A stretch of DNA of 64,000 nt from a virus. Below are positions 44,504-54,578 of this stretch, piece by piece. The notes beneath the pieces are model-generated. The model searched no databases, was not told the DNA's origin, and saw nothing but the letters and a program-made list of their open reading frames with translations. Position numbers and translations under genes: made by a program. The stretch spans positions 79,217-143,216 of IMG/VR virus record IMGVR_UViG_3300045974_000760. One strand, 5' to 3'. Numbering within the stretch: position 1 is the first letter of the stretch; each line of letters opens with the position of its first letter.

Positions 44504-47500
44504 TGAGCACGTGCGTCTCACTTGGCTGGGGTACAGGTCCTTGGGGCGCAACCCCGTGGGGCGCAGGTGGCAGCTTCACGCCGGGCGGCGCACTTCCCGT
44601 TGTCGACCCCTTCGACATCTACTGCGTCGGGCCTTGTGGCCCCATCTCCGCACTGCTGACGTACTTCGATGTCGAGCTCCACGGGGATGGGACGCACGTC
44701 TCCTACGCGCCCACTGGTGACATCGTTCTGTCGGGCGGCTCCCCCAACAACAACCCCGTCTGGATTGCCATCAGCAACGGAGTACCGGGGCAATCGACGT
44801 TCGAGGCCACCCTCAAGTTCGACCAGCTGCCCCTGACGTTCTCTGATGTCCTGAACTGCCACATCCTCATCGGCCTTCAGGACTCCACCGGTATGTCGAC
44901 CGGGCTGCTGTTCGCGCAGACCGGCATTGCCTTCGCCACGTGCTTCCGCCCAGATGGTTTCTACAACCTGGTGCTCGATGCCCCTATCCAGATTTTGCCC
45001 GACAGCACCGGGCTGTTCGTGGAAGGGGAGTACTACGTTCTACGCGTCGTCACCGACAGCGATACCCAAGTACTCTACGTCTACCTCACCAGGGCCATCG
45101 AGCTCCCGCTCATCGGGCACCAGCTACGCTTCGTCCTCCCCGCCTTCCCGTCTGCCGACTGCCCCGTCACACCGCCCGACCAAACCGTGCTTTCGGTGCG
45201 AGGCACCAGCACTCAAGTCACGCGTCTCGCGGTTGGTAGTATCTGTCTCGGCAGCGGGTTGATCATCCCGAATGTCCCGCCGGTTGCCGACTCCGGCAAA
45301 GACCAGGCAGTACAGCTCTGCTCCATCGCCCAGCTCGACGGCTCCCGCAGCTTCGACCCTGAAGGCCAGCCCGTCACCTACACGTGGCGCCTCATCGATG
45401 CTCCGCAGGTCTCCGCATGCAGCTTCTCGGAGTACGACGGTGAGACGCGGCAGGCAGCACCACACGCCCCGCCCGCCCAGTACACCAACAAGTTCTACTC
45501 GGCCGCGCTCGGCGTCCTCCACGCTACAACCGGGCAGGCCATCGAAGCCGGTGATGTACTTGTTGTAGAAGGCAACCCCTACACCATCACCGGTACAGGC
45601 GCAGACCTCGGCGCGTTCTTCGTCACCATCGATGGCTACGAGCTCCGAGATGACCTGCCCGCCGGCACGTTCTTTCACCTGCTGCGCCAGCGCTACGTCT
45701 CGGGTCGCACCACCGTGAAGCCCACGTTCTACCCGGACGTCCCGGGCTTCTACAAGTTCGACCTCCAGGTGGGTGATGGCGCCCTCCTGTCCGCGTACTC
45801 CACCACCGTGATGAACGTGGTTGAGTCACCGCTGGCGCGCGGCTGCATCCCCGACATGTCTTTCATGTGGGACTACCTCACCGACTTCTGGTCGTTGGTC
45901 GAAGACATCAAGCCCCGCATGGAGACCGTGTGGAGCGCCATGGCGCAGATTGTCGCCGCAGAGATGTGGCGCGCCTGGCAGCTCGAGTACTCCAAGAGCC
46001 TCCGCGATATCCCACGCACCTTCGGGCGTAAGTGGCTCCACTACGACACACAGCTCGCCGAGTACGTGCCCGAGGCTACCGCACACCGACTCGCGCAAGG
46101 CGGTCTCGCCTTCACCGTCCCGCCCTCCGGACTCAGCTGGGCGGGCCTCTCCATCGCCCTCACCTCCGAGCTCATTGCTGCCCCGCTCCTGCTCACGTTC
46201 ACCGGCACTGACCCGCTGAGTGCCACGAACATCGCGGCACAGCTCAACTCGTTCTTCACGAGCCGTGAGCCCCGCATGGTCGCTACGCTGGTCACGGCTC
46301 GCGACGGATCTGGCGATACCATCCGCATCAACAGCCTCCTGCCGTTCTACGTTGACGCCGCAGGTACGGTCCCCCTCCCCCTCGGCGCGGCCAACAAGTA
46401 CCTCCGCGGTACTGGCGGGGTGCGCCTCACGGACACGCTCTACAAAGTCCCGTTCTCCCTCAACGGCATCTCGCTCGGCGCAGACCAAGTCCTGCTCATT
46501 GGCGAACAGACATACACCATTGTTCGGTTCGTCGACGACCCCGGCGACGTGTGGCCGACGCAGCGCATCCTGGTCGCTGAGAAGCTCGCGGCGGATGTAG
46601 GCGCAACCTGGTCCATCCCTGACCAGACGCTCTCCATTCGCACCGACTTCTACAACGGCTGCTTCACCGCCGGTGACATGGCCGAGTACGAAGTGCAGGC
46701 GCCTAGCGGCGCGACTCTGGATGTCTGGTGCCCCGTCCTCGGCGCCTCATCGATTCAGCCGAACGTCCTGCTCGTCGACCTCGAGCAAGTAGCGGCAGCC
46801 ACGCTCCTGCAGCTGGCCTCGTACCGCCTGTACCTGAAGCGTGTTGCGCGTCGACAGTACGTACCCGTCGACGACCTCGTTGTGGACGTCCCGCTCCTGC
46901 AGCCCTCCATCAAGATGGCGGATGATACGCAGGTGCTTCGCCGGAACATCGACTTCTACATCGAGTCCTTCCGCGGTCGTAACGTGCTGCGCTTCGTCTC
47001 CAACGAAACGCAGGATGTGTGGGAGGGCGAGATTCCTCCAGAACGGCTCTGGGCAGAGTTCACGTACCTCGACAACCGGCCGATGATTGAGGACAACTTC
47101 GGGCGGGCGGCCGGCGTCATGGTGCGCGACATCGAAGCACTACCGGAGTCGGTCGATTACCTCTCCGCTGTTCGCGGGGTTTGGTACCTCCTCTTCAACG
47201 GCCCCACCCTCACGAATCTTCGGGTTGGCGCGCAGATACTGCTCGGGCTGCCCTTCGCGGAGGAGACCAGCCGGCTGGTGGAGATTCGAAATGACTTCTC
47301 CCCCACCACGGGCCGTCTCTTGCTCTCCGACCTTGACCGTCCTGAGCTCGTACGTTCGTACTCGTACCCACGCAGCCTCGAGCTCGAGACCAATCCGAAC
47401 ACCAACCTGCCCTACGCGGTGGGAGACATCGTCTCGCAGTTCGCGCCGCTTGTGCGCGGCGTAGAGATTGACGACTACGTCAAGACTCCCGATTGGTTCC

Positions 47501-48822
47501 GCGGCTACATGAACCAGGGCGTGTTCTTCGAAGTGGAGAAGTTCTTCCGCTTCTTGGTGCGCGTAGACAGCGCGGCCTTCTCCCTCTCGGCGATGTCGTA
47601 CCTGCAGACCCTCATCCAGCGGGTGAAGCCGACGTACACGTACCCGCTCTTCGTGGTGAAGAAGGAGCCGCACGACGCGACGGTGAGCGTGACCGACCAC
47701 GTCGAGTACAAGGTCGGGCTGAATCTATTCGACCTCGGTGTGACCACAGGGGCTTACGGCGCGGCCACGATGTTCGATGAGCCAGACCCGAGCCCCACCG
47801 CACCGGCTACTCCGGCACCTGTCTCGCTTGCCCTCTCCTTCACCGCGGCGTCCCTGTCGACCATCCCCTCCAACGGATACCCGCTGGGCGTTGGTCGACG
47901 ACTCGGGACGGTCGGCAATATCACGCCCGGGACAGTGACAATCGTCGGGTCACCCTCCTTGTCTGCGCCGGACTACCAGATTGTCATCCAGAAGAACGGG
48001 GAGGATTGGCTGACACAGACCTTCACGCTCACTGGAGACATGACGTTCACGATGGCGGGGACGTACCCGGTTGCAGCGGGCGACGTGCTGTCGGTGCTGC
48101 TGCGCCCCACACCTCAGACAACGCGCTACCCGAACATCACCTCTATCGAGCTGGGCGTGACGTACGAGTACGTGCCCCTGCCCGCTGCGACGGGGCATCT
48201 GCAGAGCCGGTACGATGCGAGCTCAAACCCGGCAGCGGGCGAGCCAACGACCACAACACAACCTACGCAGTGGGGATTCGACCAGGGGTTCCTTGCGCCA
48301 ACGCATGCGGCGGTCGGCGTTGTGACCTACGTGAACCTGGCGGACGCAGGCTTCAAGCCGACGTACGACACGTTGTTCATGTTCGACACCCCGACGTTCA
48401 CCGAGCTCGTCGGGGTTCTGTACGACTCGTTCATCACGCACGTCCCGAACTACAATCAGCTCCTACATTCGAAGATTGTCTCGACCGTCAATACAACAAT
48501 CACGAATGTCCAGTTGCGCATCTACGGTGGACGCCAGGATGCGGTGCAGGACTACTGGCTCAACATCTACGTCAATGGGATTGCCCAGGTGTCATTTGCG
48601 TTCGTCGTGGATACGACGAGCAACGTTGAGAGGCGGTTTGAGTTCACAACCGCGCTGACTGTGAATGCGGCGGATGTTGTGACCGCGGGCTTGTCGCAGA
48701 TTGACACTGCGCTGGCACTACCGTGGTTCCAGAAGATCTCCGTGGCCTTCGGTACATCAGTCGCCTGGGCCTTCGACGGCACGTTGCCGGGAGGCACGTA
48801 CAAGCAGGTGAGGGAACTCTGA
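44500..48822 (+). CDS. Large baseplate wedge/virion protein with PKD-like domain
   Basis: NVPPVADSG.DQ...LDGSRSFDPEG..YTW; GPTL.NL..G..ILLGLP; KPTYT. Confidence 0.8.
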   Translation: MMSTCVSLGWGTGPWGATPWGAGGSFTPGGALPVVDPFDIYCVGPCGPISALLTYFDVELHGDGTHVSYAPTGDIVLSGGSPNNNPVWIAISNGVPGQSTFEATLKFDQLPLTFSDVLNCHILIGLQDSTGMSTGLLFAQTGIAFATCFRPDGFYNLVLDAPIQILPDSTGLFVEGEYYVLRVVTDSDTQVLYVYLTRAIELPLIGHQLRFVLPAFPSADCPVTPPDQTVLSVRGTSTQVTRLAVGSICLGSGLIIPNVPPVADSGKDQAVQLCSIAQLDGSRSFDPEGQPVTYTWRLIDAPQVSACSFSEYDGETRQAAPHAPPAQYTNKFYSAALGVLHATTGQAIEAGDVLVVEGNPYTITGTGADLGAFFVTIDGYELRDDLPAGTFFHLLRQRYVSGRTTVKPTFYPDVPGFYKFDLQVGDGALLSAYSTTVMNVVESPLARGCIPDMSFMWDYLTDFWSLVEDIKPRMETVWSAMAQIVAAEMWRAWQLEYSKSLRDIPRTFGRKWLHYDTQLAEYVPEATAHRLAQGGLAFTVPPSGLSWAGLSIALTSELIAAPLLLTFTGTDPLSATNIAAQLNSFFTSREPRMVATLVTARDGSGDTIRINSLLPFYVDAAGTVPLPLGAANKYLRGTGGVRLTDTLYKVPFSLNGISLGADQVLLIGEQTYTIVRFVDDPGDVWPTQRILVAEKLAADVGATWSIPDQTLSIRTDFYNGCFTAGDMAEYEVQAPSGATLDVWCPVLGASSIQPNVLLVDLEQVAAATLLQLASYRLYLKRVARRQYVPVDDLVVDVPLLQPSIKMADDTQVLRRNIDFYIESFRGRNVLRFVSNETQDVWEGEIPPERLWAEFTYLDNRPMIEDNFGRAAGVMVRDIEALPESVDYLSAVRGVWYLLFNGPTLTNLRVGAQILLGLPFAEETSRLVEIRNDFSPTTGRLLLSDLDRPELVRSYSYPRSLELETNPNTNLPYAVGDIVSQFAPLVRGVEIDDYVKTPDWFRGYMNQGVFFEVEKFFRFLVRVDSAAFSLSAMSYLQTLIQRVKPTYTYPLFVVKKEPHDATVSVTDHVEYKVGLNLFDLGVTTGAYGAATMFDEPDPSPTAPATPAPVSLALSFTAASLSTIPSNGYPLGVGRRLGTVGNITPGTVTIVGSPSLSAPDYQIVIQKNGEDWLTQTFTLTGDMTFTMAGTYPVAAGDVLSVLLRPTPQTTRYPNITSIELGVTYEYVPLPAATGHLQSRYDASSNPAAGEPTTTTQPTQWGFDQGFLAPTHAAVGVVTYVNLADAGFKPTYDTLFMFDTPTFTELVGVLYDSFITHVPNYNQLLHSKIVSTVNTTITNVQLRIYGGRQDAVQDYWLNIYVNGIAQVSFAFVVDTTSNVERRFEFTTALTVNAADVVTAGLSQIDTALALPWFQKISVAFGTSVAWAFDGTLPGGTYKQVREL

Positions 48823-48880
48823 TGCGTGTCTTTGCCCGGAAGGTCGGTATGATGCCGGCTATGCCCAGTCAGGAGCGGTC

Positions 48881-49516
48881 ATGCGTCTGAACGAAACTAT
48901 CAAGGTCGACTCGAACCTGCGGCTTGTCGCGCGTGAGCGCGGGAAGATCGTAACGACGCGGGATGTGCATAACATCTGGCTGAACTTCGGCAGCGAGTGG
49001 CTGGCCAAGCGTATTGCCTACACGTCCTTCGGGCCGCTGACGCCGGAGGATTCGAACGGCATCCGGTACATGGGGCTTGGTATTGGCGGCACGAGGCAGA
49101 CCTCCCTCGGTGTGGCCAACGCTACTCCGCTGGTGGAGGCGTATCCAGGAACGAACCTGCAGACCGATACGGACCCCACGGTGCTCGGGCTCGAGCGGCC
49201 TGTGCGTATCTCGGGCGGCACGACAGCCTACCCAGGTGAGGGGGCGGATGTGTGGCTCGGGCAGATTCAAGCCCCGCCTGAGCATCCCACGCCGAGCCAG
49301 GTCACGTTCAAGCGCCTCTTCACCATCACCGAGGTGAGCTACGGCCCCTACCTGACGGTGCCGGTGTCGGAGATTGGGCTCTTCCTGCACAACGACTCAC
49401 CGTCGTACGTGAACGTGTACAACAACCAGCCGGTCGCCTACGACACCTTCCCGGCAATCCCCTTGACCACCGCCATTACCCTTGAGGCCAGCTGGACCAT
49501 CCGGTTCGGTGGGTGA
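48881..49516 (+). CDS. Baseplate/tail-fibre proximal protein
   Basis: HNI..N.G...YMGLGIGG...SEIGLF...AYDTF...W.IRF. Confidence 0.75.
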   Translation: MRLNETIKVDSNLRLVARERGKIVTTRDVHNIWLNFGSEWLAKRIAYTSFGPLTPEDSNGIRYMGLGIGGTRQTSLGVANATPLVEAYPGTNLQTDTDPTVLGLERPVRISGGTTAYPGEGADVWLGQIQAPPEHPTPSQVTFKRLFTITEVSYGPYLTVPVSEIGLFLHNDSPSYVNVYNNQPVAYDTFPAIPLTTAITLEASWTIRFGG

Positions 49517-49522
49517 GAACAG

Positions 49523-51658
49523 ATGACCTTCCATCGCTACGTAGCTCCGACGTACTACGGCCCCACGGGCATCGACTACCTCAACGACCCGGTTGCCAAC
49601 GGCTTCTCGCTCTCGGTCCCGGTTGTCGTCGACAGCCGCAAGTCGGGTGGGCCCAACGAGGGCATCTATCTCGTCGCCTTTGGTGAGGACGCCTCGAGCG
49701 CCAACGCCAACCGCGGTCTCAAGGCTCTTGCCGAGAACACCGACGCGCTCGATGACATGCTCCATCGATCGCTCGCCGTCCCCTCTCGGTCGGGCAATGT
49801 TACGGCGGGCGCGCCTGTCTCTAGCATCATCCTCCCGCTCAATACGTTCGTCGGGGATTCAGGCGGCTATAGCCTCGACCGCCTCTTCTCCATCCTCGAT
49901 AGCAACGGCAACGAAATCATCGACGCTTCCGGAGTGAAGGTAGTTGTCGCCTCCATCACCGGGGCCACTGTCGGCGACGGCTTCTCGAGCGGGAGCATCA
50001 CCCTCACCCTCAACATCTCCATCCCCACGGGCACCGTCTACTACGTCACGTACGCAGTGCGCGGGAATCTGGCGGACCTGCCGACGGATGCGCTGACCAA
50101 CGTCACCATCCAGGCCTCGCAAGAGGTGAGCGCGGCCATCGAGAATCAGTTCCGGCTACTGCAGGGCAACAGCTACGCCTGGAACCACGCATGGGAGGGC
50201 GGCACAACCATTTACTCCCTCGCGTGGAAGGGTCTCGACGCCCTGTACCGCAAGAGCACTGTGCGCATTCTTGGCGCCCCCAATGCCGCATACGGTACCT
50301 TCACCGACGGCCTCAATACGGCAGGCGCAGGCGCGCACTTCATTCGTGACGGCGCGGGTATCACCGGCGTCTCGGGTACGAACAACACCAGCTGGACCAG
50401 CGCTGTCAAAGACCCGCTAGGCAGTATCTTCAAAGCGGCATCAGACGACGCCCTCACGACAGGGATATATACGCCCGCAGCTGTACCCGTCACCACGCCG
50501 CTCAGCAATGCGCTGGGCTTTGCTTACCTGGGGCGCCGGCGATCCAGCGGCCTCACCGGCGACGGTGATAGCCACTTCCTCCCAGGTACCGCCGCCTTCT
50601 ACGCAGGTAGCTCTCAGTTTCACTCTGGGGCGTTGCCGGCGGCCTACACGTACTTGCCAGCGGGCGAAAGCGCGGCGGTCGCGACGTCCGGCGACGATAT
50701 GCTCGTCACGGTCAGCGGCAACGCGCACTTTACCGCAGGCACGGACCCCGACGCCAAGTCTGGTATCGCGGCCGGGCACGATTTGCTTGTACTGACGTAC
50801 AACGGGATCACTCGTGCGTTCGTTATCACCGCGGTCCTTACGGCCACTACCTGCCTGGTGCGGACACTAGACGGGGGCCAGGATACGGACTTCGTCGGGC
50901 ATACCGCAACCATCAACCGCTGGGTGCGTTCTTACTTCTTGGTCGGGGACGGTGGCGCTCAGTTCCGCGAGTGGGCATCTGATACACCAAATCCCGTCCA
51001 GCTACGCAACTTCCAGGTGCTGCAGCCACCCGCCAATAGCGCCGACGAACACGTCGACGACGGCGGCTCCTACGCCACCGCGGCGCCCAATGCATACTTC
51101 GGCGCACGGACGAGTACCGATGCGTCCATTGCGTTGGGGTGGGGCGGGTACAACACCAACGGCGCGACCGGCAGTGGGGCCTACGAGCGCACTGGGGCAC
51201 TGCAGGGCGATGGTTCTCTTATTTCGACGCACGTCACCACTCCCGCGGTAACAGCGCCAGCGCTGTACACCACGAACGCTTCCGCCTCGATCACGCAGAA
51301 CATGACGAGCATCGGGGAGTACACGCTTGTGCTTAGCAGCACAGCAGCTGGTATCGCGCTTACGCTCACCGCCATGCAGCTCGGCGCTGACTATTTCGTC
51401 GCACTACTTCGAGACCCAGGCACCGCCAACTTCCCTACCGGGCAGAAGCTAACCCTGTCCTGCTCCGACACGCTCGGCAACGCCTACCTTACATCGAGCG
51501 AGTACGGGGGAGGTAGCGACGCATCGCCCGGGGACGGCGATATCCCACTCGCCCCCGTTCTAACCTCCCCTGTTGTCGATGTCTTCCGCATTCGCCTCGT
51601 CAACTTCGCGGGCGCACTTCGCCGCGCCATCATCACCCACCACGTCGTCGCCGGCTGA
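49523..51658 (+). CDS. Tail fibre-like virion protein
   Basis: GED..S..ANR.L.AL..N.D N-terminus; G/T/A-rich. Confidence 0.75.
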   Translation: MTFHRYVAPTYYGPTGIDYLNDPVANGFSLSVPVVVDSRKSGGPNEGIYLVAFGEDASSANANRGLKALAENTDALDDMLHRSLAVPSRSGNVTAGAPVSSIILPLNTFVGDSGGYSLDRLFSILDSNGNEIIDASGVKVVVASITGATVGDGFSSGSITLTLNISIPTGTVYYVTYAVRGNLADLPTDALTNVTIQASQEVSAAIENQFRLLQGNSYAWNHAWEGGTTIYSLAWKGLDALYRKSTVRILGAPNAAYGTFTDGLNTAGAGAHFIRDGAGITGVSGTNNTSWTSAVKDPLGSIFKAASDDALTTGIYTPAAVPVTTPLSNALGFAYLGRRRSSGLTGDGDSHFLPGTAAFYAGSSQFHSGALPAAYTYLPAGESAAVATSGDDMLVTVSGNAHFTAGTDPDAKSGIAAGHDLLVLTYNGITRAFVITAVLTATTCLVRTLDGGQDTDFVGHTATINRWVRSYFLVGDGGAQFREWASDTPNPVQLRNFQVLQPPANSADEHVDDGGSYATAAPNAYFGARTSTDASIALGWGGYNTNGATGSGAYERTGALQGDGSLISTHVTTPAVTAPALYTTNASASITQNMTSIGEYTLVLSSTAAGIALTLTAMQLGADYFVALLRDPGTANFPTGQKLTLSCSDTLGNAYLTSSEYGGGSDASPGDGDIPLAPVLTSPVVDVFRIRLVNFAGALRRAIITHHVVAG

Positions 51659-51670
51659 GAGAACACCAAC

Positions 51671-52363
51671 ATGATCTCCAAATCCCTCCGCCTCTCCAAC
51701 GGCGCCCTCTACGACCCACGCCTCGATCTGCTACCAAACGTTGGGGGCGTGCCTGTCAATGTAGCGGCATGCGGCAACAGCTTCACGGTGCAGGTCGCGC
51801 GCGCGTTCTCGATTGCATCACACTCGGGGCTGCTCACCACCACCCTCGCCAACATCCACATCTTCCCAATCGTCGCGGCGCCCTTCACACCCAACTCTGA
51901 CAATGCCGCAGACGGCCCACTACTCATCGAGTCGGTGGTGCTGGTGCTTACCGCCGACGTTACATTCTCAGACGCGGCGACCCCTACCCACTTCTCTATA
52001 GAAGTGGGTATGCGCGAAGAGGCTACGTGGTCCAATACAGCCAATCAACTCAACACGTACAAATGGGTCACGACAGGCGAACAAGTTGGTACGTTCTCCG
52101 GCGCGGGTGTGCGCCCTATTGCTTCCACCGTCAACGTCTTTGCTTCGCCTGTCAGTGTGAATGGGGGGCTACAGAGCGCGTTCAGCCGGACTGCGGACGA
52201 CACTGTAGGTAATATACGCAGCACGTTCTTCGGGGACCGGAGCACGAAGCTGACCGTTGGCGCTACAATCAAACACCAGTCCGGCGGCGGCAGCGCCACG
52301 CTCGCCTTCGACGCGAACTTCTACATCACCGGCCGGATGCTCCCCCCGCTCATCAACCCCTGA
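51671..52363 (+). CDS. Putative virion protein
   Basis: Beta-rich ORF in structural block. Confidence 0.65.
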   Translation: MISKSLRLSNGALYDPRLDLLPNVGGVPVNVAACGNSFTVQVARAFSIASHSGLLTTTLANIHIFPIVAAPFTPNSDNAADGPLLIESVVLVLTADVTFSDAATPTHFSIEVGMREEATWSNTANQLNTYKWVTTGEQVGTFSGAGVRPIASTVNVFASPVSVNGGLQSAFSRTADDTVGNIRSTFFGDRSTKLTVGATIKHQSGGGSATLAFDANFYITGRMLPPLINP

Positions 52364-52397
52364 TCGCAACAACGTAGCTCCGTGGTAAGCTCGGGCC

Positions 52398-52823
52398 ATG
52401 GAAGAACTACGCACCCTTCTCACCACCGAGCTGCTGTTCTTTGTGCTCGGCATCCTGGCGTTCTGTTTCGTCGTGAGGCGGGGTGTCGAAACCGCCTTCC
52501 CAACCCTCAGCACGAAGACACCAGAGACCACCGCACAGCGCGTCTGGGAGAAGTTCATTCTCCCCACGATGCCCATGTTCGTCGGCATCCTCTTCGGCAT
52601 CTTCATCTCCGCTTTCCCCTACCCCGCCGACATGGGCCGCACCTGGGGAACTCGCGCCATGTTCGGCGCTGGCTGCGGCTTCACCAGCGGTTGGTTCTAC
52701 CAGGTCGTCAAAGCCATCATCTTCCAGCGTTGGCAGGTTCCTCTCCCCGCTGCGCCGGCCACGGATACCGACCCAGGCGCCCCTCCCCCACCAGATGAAC
52801 CTTCCACACCTGGGGGTATCTGA
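52398..52823 (+). CDS. Putative holin
   Basis: Three hydrophobic segments in 141 aa. Confidence 0.55.
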   Translation: MEELRTLLTTELLFFVLGILAFCFVVRRGVETAFPTLSTKTPETTAQRVWEKFILPTMPMFVGILFGIFISAFPYPADMGRTWGTRAMFGAGCGFTSGWFYQVVKAIIFQRWQVPLPAAPATDTDPGAPPPPDEPSTPGGI

Positions 52824-53143
52824 TGCCTCCTTGGGTGCCGTGGGTCGTTCTGTTCGCCGCCTGCCTCATCACCGGCATCATCTTCGGCTTCGTTGTCCGT
52901 GGCCCCAAGGAGCCCGAGAAGTCGGTGGAGATCCCCTCTCCCGAGCTCTCGCCCAAGGTCATCGCCGAGACCAAGAAGGCCGAGCAGGGCTTCGTCGACC
53001 AGCAGAAGGTCATCGTGAAAGAACACGACGCCACGGTCGAGAAACAAATCGAGCAGCAGAAGGACATCACCTCCACCCTGCTCAACGAAGAAGCCGAGCT
53101 CAACGACTACCTGAAGCAAGTCGGCAAGAACACCCGGAGCTGA
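52823..53143 (+). CDS. Membrane-anchored coiled-coil protein (i-spanin-like)
   Basis: N-terminal TM plus helical tail. Confidence 0.5.
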   Translation: MPPWVPWVVLFAACLITGIIFGFVVRGPKEPEKSVEIPSPELSPKVIAETKKAEQGFVDQQKVIVKEHDATVEKQIEQQKDITSTLLNEEAELNDYLKQVGKNTRS

Positions 53144-53144
53144 A

Positions 53145-54347
53145 ATGCGCGAGCACATCCTCAAAGGCTTCTTCGAAGAGCTCGAGAAGCTCGCCGATGA
53201 GGTTCACAAGAAGACCGAGTTCCAGGGCATCCCCATCCACATCGATCGCCCCAAGGGCTTCGTCCAAGACTTCCCAGGCAAAGTCGTCGGCGGTACCCGC
53301 ATCGATCCCTGGAAGCGCACGTACAAGGTCGACTACGGTTTCATCCCCGGCACGAAAGCCAAAGACGGGGATGAGCTCGACGTCTATCTCGGCCCCCGCA
53401 AGACCGCCCCCGACGCCTACATCATCAAGCAGATGAAGAATGGCAAGGAGGACGAGAAGAAGGTCATGCTCGGCTTCAAGAGCGAGGCCGCGGCCAAGAA
53501 GATGTACCTCAGCCACTTCGTGTCCGCCTTCCACGACGAGCTCATCGGCGGCATCAAGACCGTCCCCGTCGACGAGTTCAGGAAGTCTCTCCCCTCCACG
53601 AAGACCGCCGCCACATTCGTCGGAGGCGGCGGTAGCTACGCAGGCGGTGGGGGCTTCTCGGGCAATGACTCGAACGGGCAGATGCACCGCTTCATCAACG
53701 CCGCCCCGATGATGCACATGAAGAGCTCAGGCACCTTCCAAGGAATGTCGGCAGCTCCCGGAGGCGGTTTCATGCCCGCCTTCTCGGGCGGTGAGGGAGG
53801 CTACACCTCCGAAGTACCCGGCGGGATGATTCACAACTACGCCCCTTCCGCCAAGATGCGCGCCGCCATGCAGAAGATGGGCGGTATCGGGGGAGCCACC
53901 AGCGAGGCCAAACGCCACCAGCAAGAGATTGTAGAGACCGTCCTGCGCGGGGCCTACAAGGATGTCGCTGATACCGCAGCCTCCGTCACTACCCCCATCG
54001 TCGATGCCGTGAAGAGCGTCCTACCTGGCGAAGAGAAGAAGACCGCCGAGAAGACATTGCGGGAAGCCTTCGAAGAGAAGCTGGACGACAAGGGCCGTTG
54101 GACCGGCGGCCTCAACTCCGACGGCTACCCCAAGATGCGCGACGGCAAAGAGATTCGCCTCGCCAGCCACGTAGCTCTCGAGCTCGCAGGCCGGGGACCC
54201 GCACCCAAGGACAAGGTCGTCGCCCACAACGACAACAACCCGAAGAACATCAGCCCCAACAACCTGCGCATCACCACACAGAAGGCGAATCTGCAGCAGG
54301 CTGAAGACCAGGGTAGGTGGCGCCCTCGAGGTCCGAACAAGGACTAG
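53145..54347 (+). CDS. Polyvalent protein: inorganic pyrophosphatase-like domain plus C-terminal HNH
   Basis: DYGFIPGT...DGDELDVYLGP...DE.KVMLGF; H.DNNP.N...NL...TQK.N; leader GFFEELEKLA. Confidence 0.8.
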   Translation: MREHILKGFFEELEKLADEVHKKTEFQGIPIHIDRPKGFVQDFPGKVVGGTRIDPWKRTYKVDYGFIPGTKAKDGDELDVYLGPRKTAPDAYIIKQMKNGKEDEKKVMLGFKSEAAAKKMYLSHFVSAFHDELIGGIKTVPVDEFRKSLPSTKTAATFVGGGGSYAGGGGFSGNDSNGQMHRFINAAPMMHMKSSGTFQGMSAAPGGGFMPAFSGGEGGYTSEVPGGMIHNYAPSAKMRAAMQKMGGIGGATSEAKRHQQEIVETVLRGAYKDVADTAASVTTPIVDAVKSVLPGEEKKTAEKTLREAFEEKLDDKGRWTGGLNSDGYPKMRDGKEIRLASHVALELAGRGPAPKDKVVAHNDNNPKNISPNNLRITTQKANLQQAEDQGRWRPRGPNKD

Positions 54348-54349
54348 GG

Positions 54350-54392
54350 GCTAAGAAAAAGGGCGGCTACAACCGCCCTTCTTCTTCTTTTA
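54350..54392. terminator. Bidirectional terminator between convergent blocks
   Basis: AAAAAGGGCGG-CTACAA-CCGCCCTTCTT. Confidence 0.8.
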
Positions 54393-54578
54393 CCGCGCTG
54401 TGACCTCAGCTACGTGTATGTTGACCTCGGCCTGCACACCTTGCGAGGGCTGGTACAGCTCAATGTGCTGTACCTCGTAGAGCTTCGTGCCGAGGTGCAT
54501 CACCTCACCGGGCCGCGGGATGTAATCCCAGGCCGCGCGCCAGATGACGGCGTCGAAGTGCTTGACGCGGACAATCAT
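54390..54578 (-). CDS. Hypothetical protein
   Basis: Coupled ORF; IPRPGE motif. Confidence 0.6.
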   Translation of the reverse strand: MIVRVKHFDAVIWRAAWDYIPRPGEVMHLGTKLYEVQHIELYQPSQGVQAEVNIHVAEVTAR

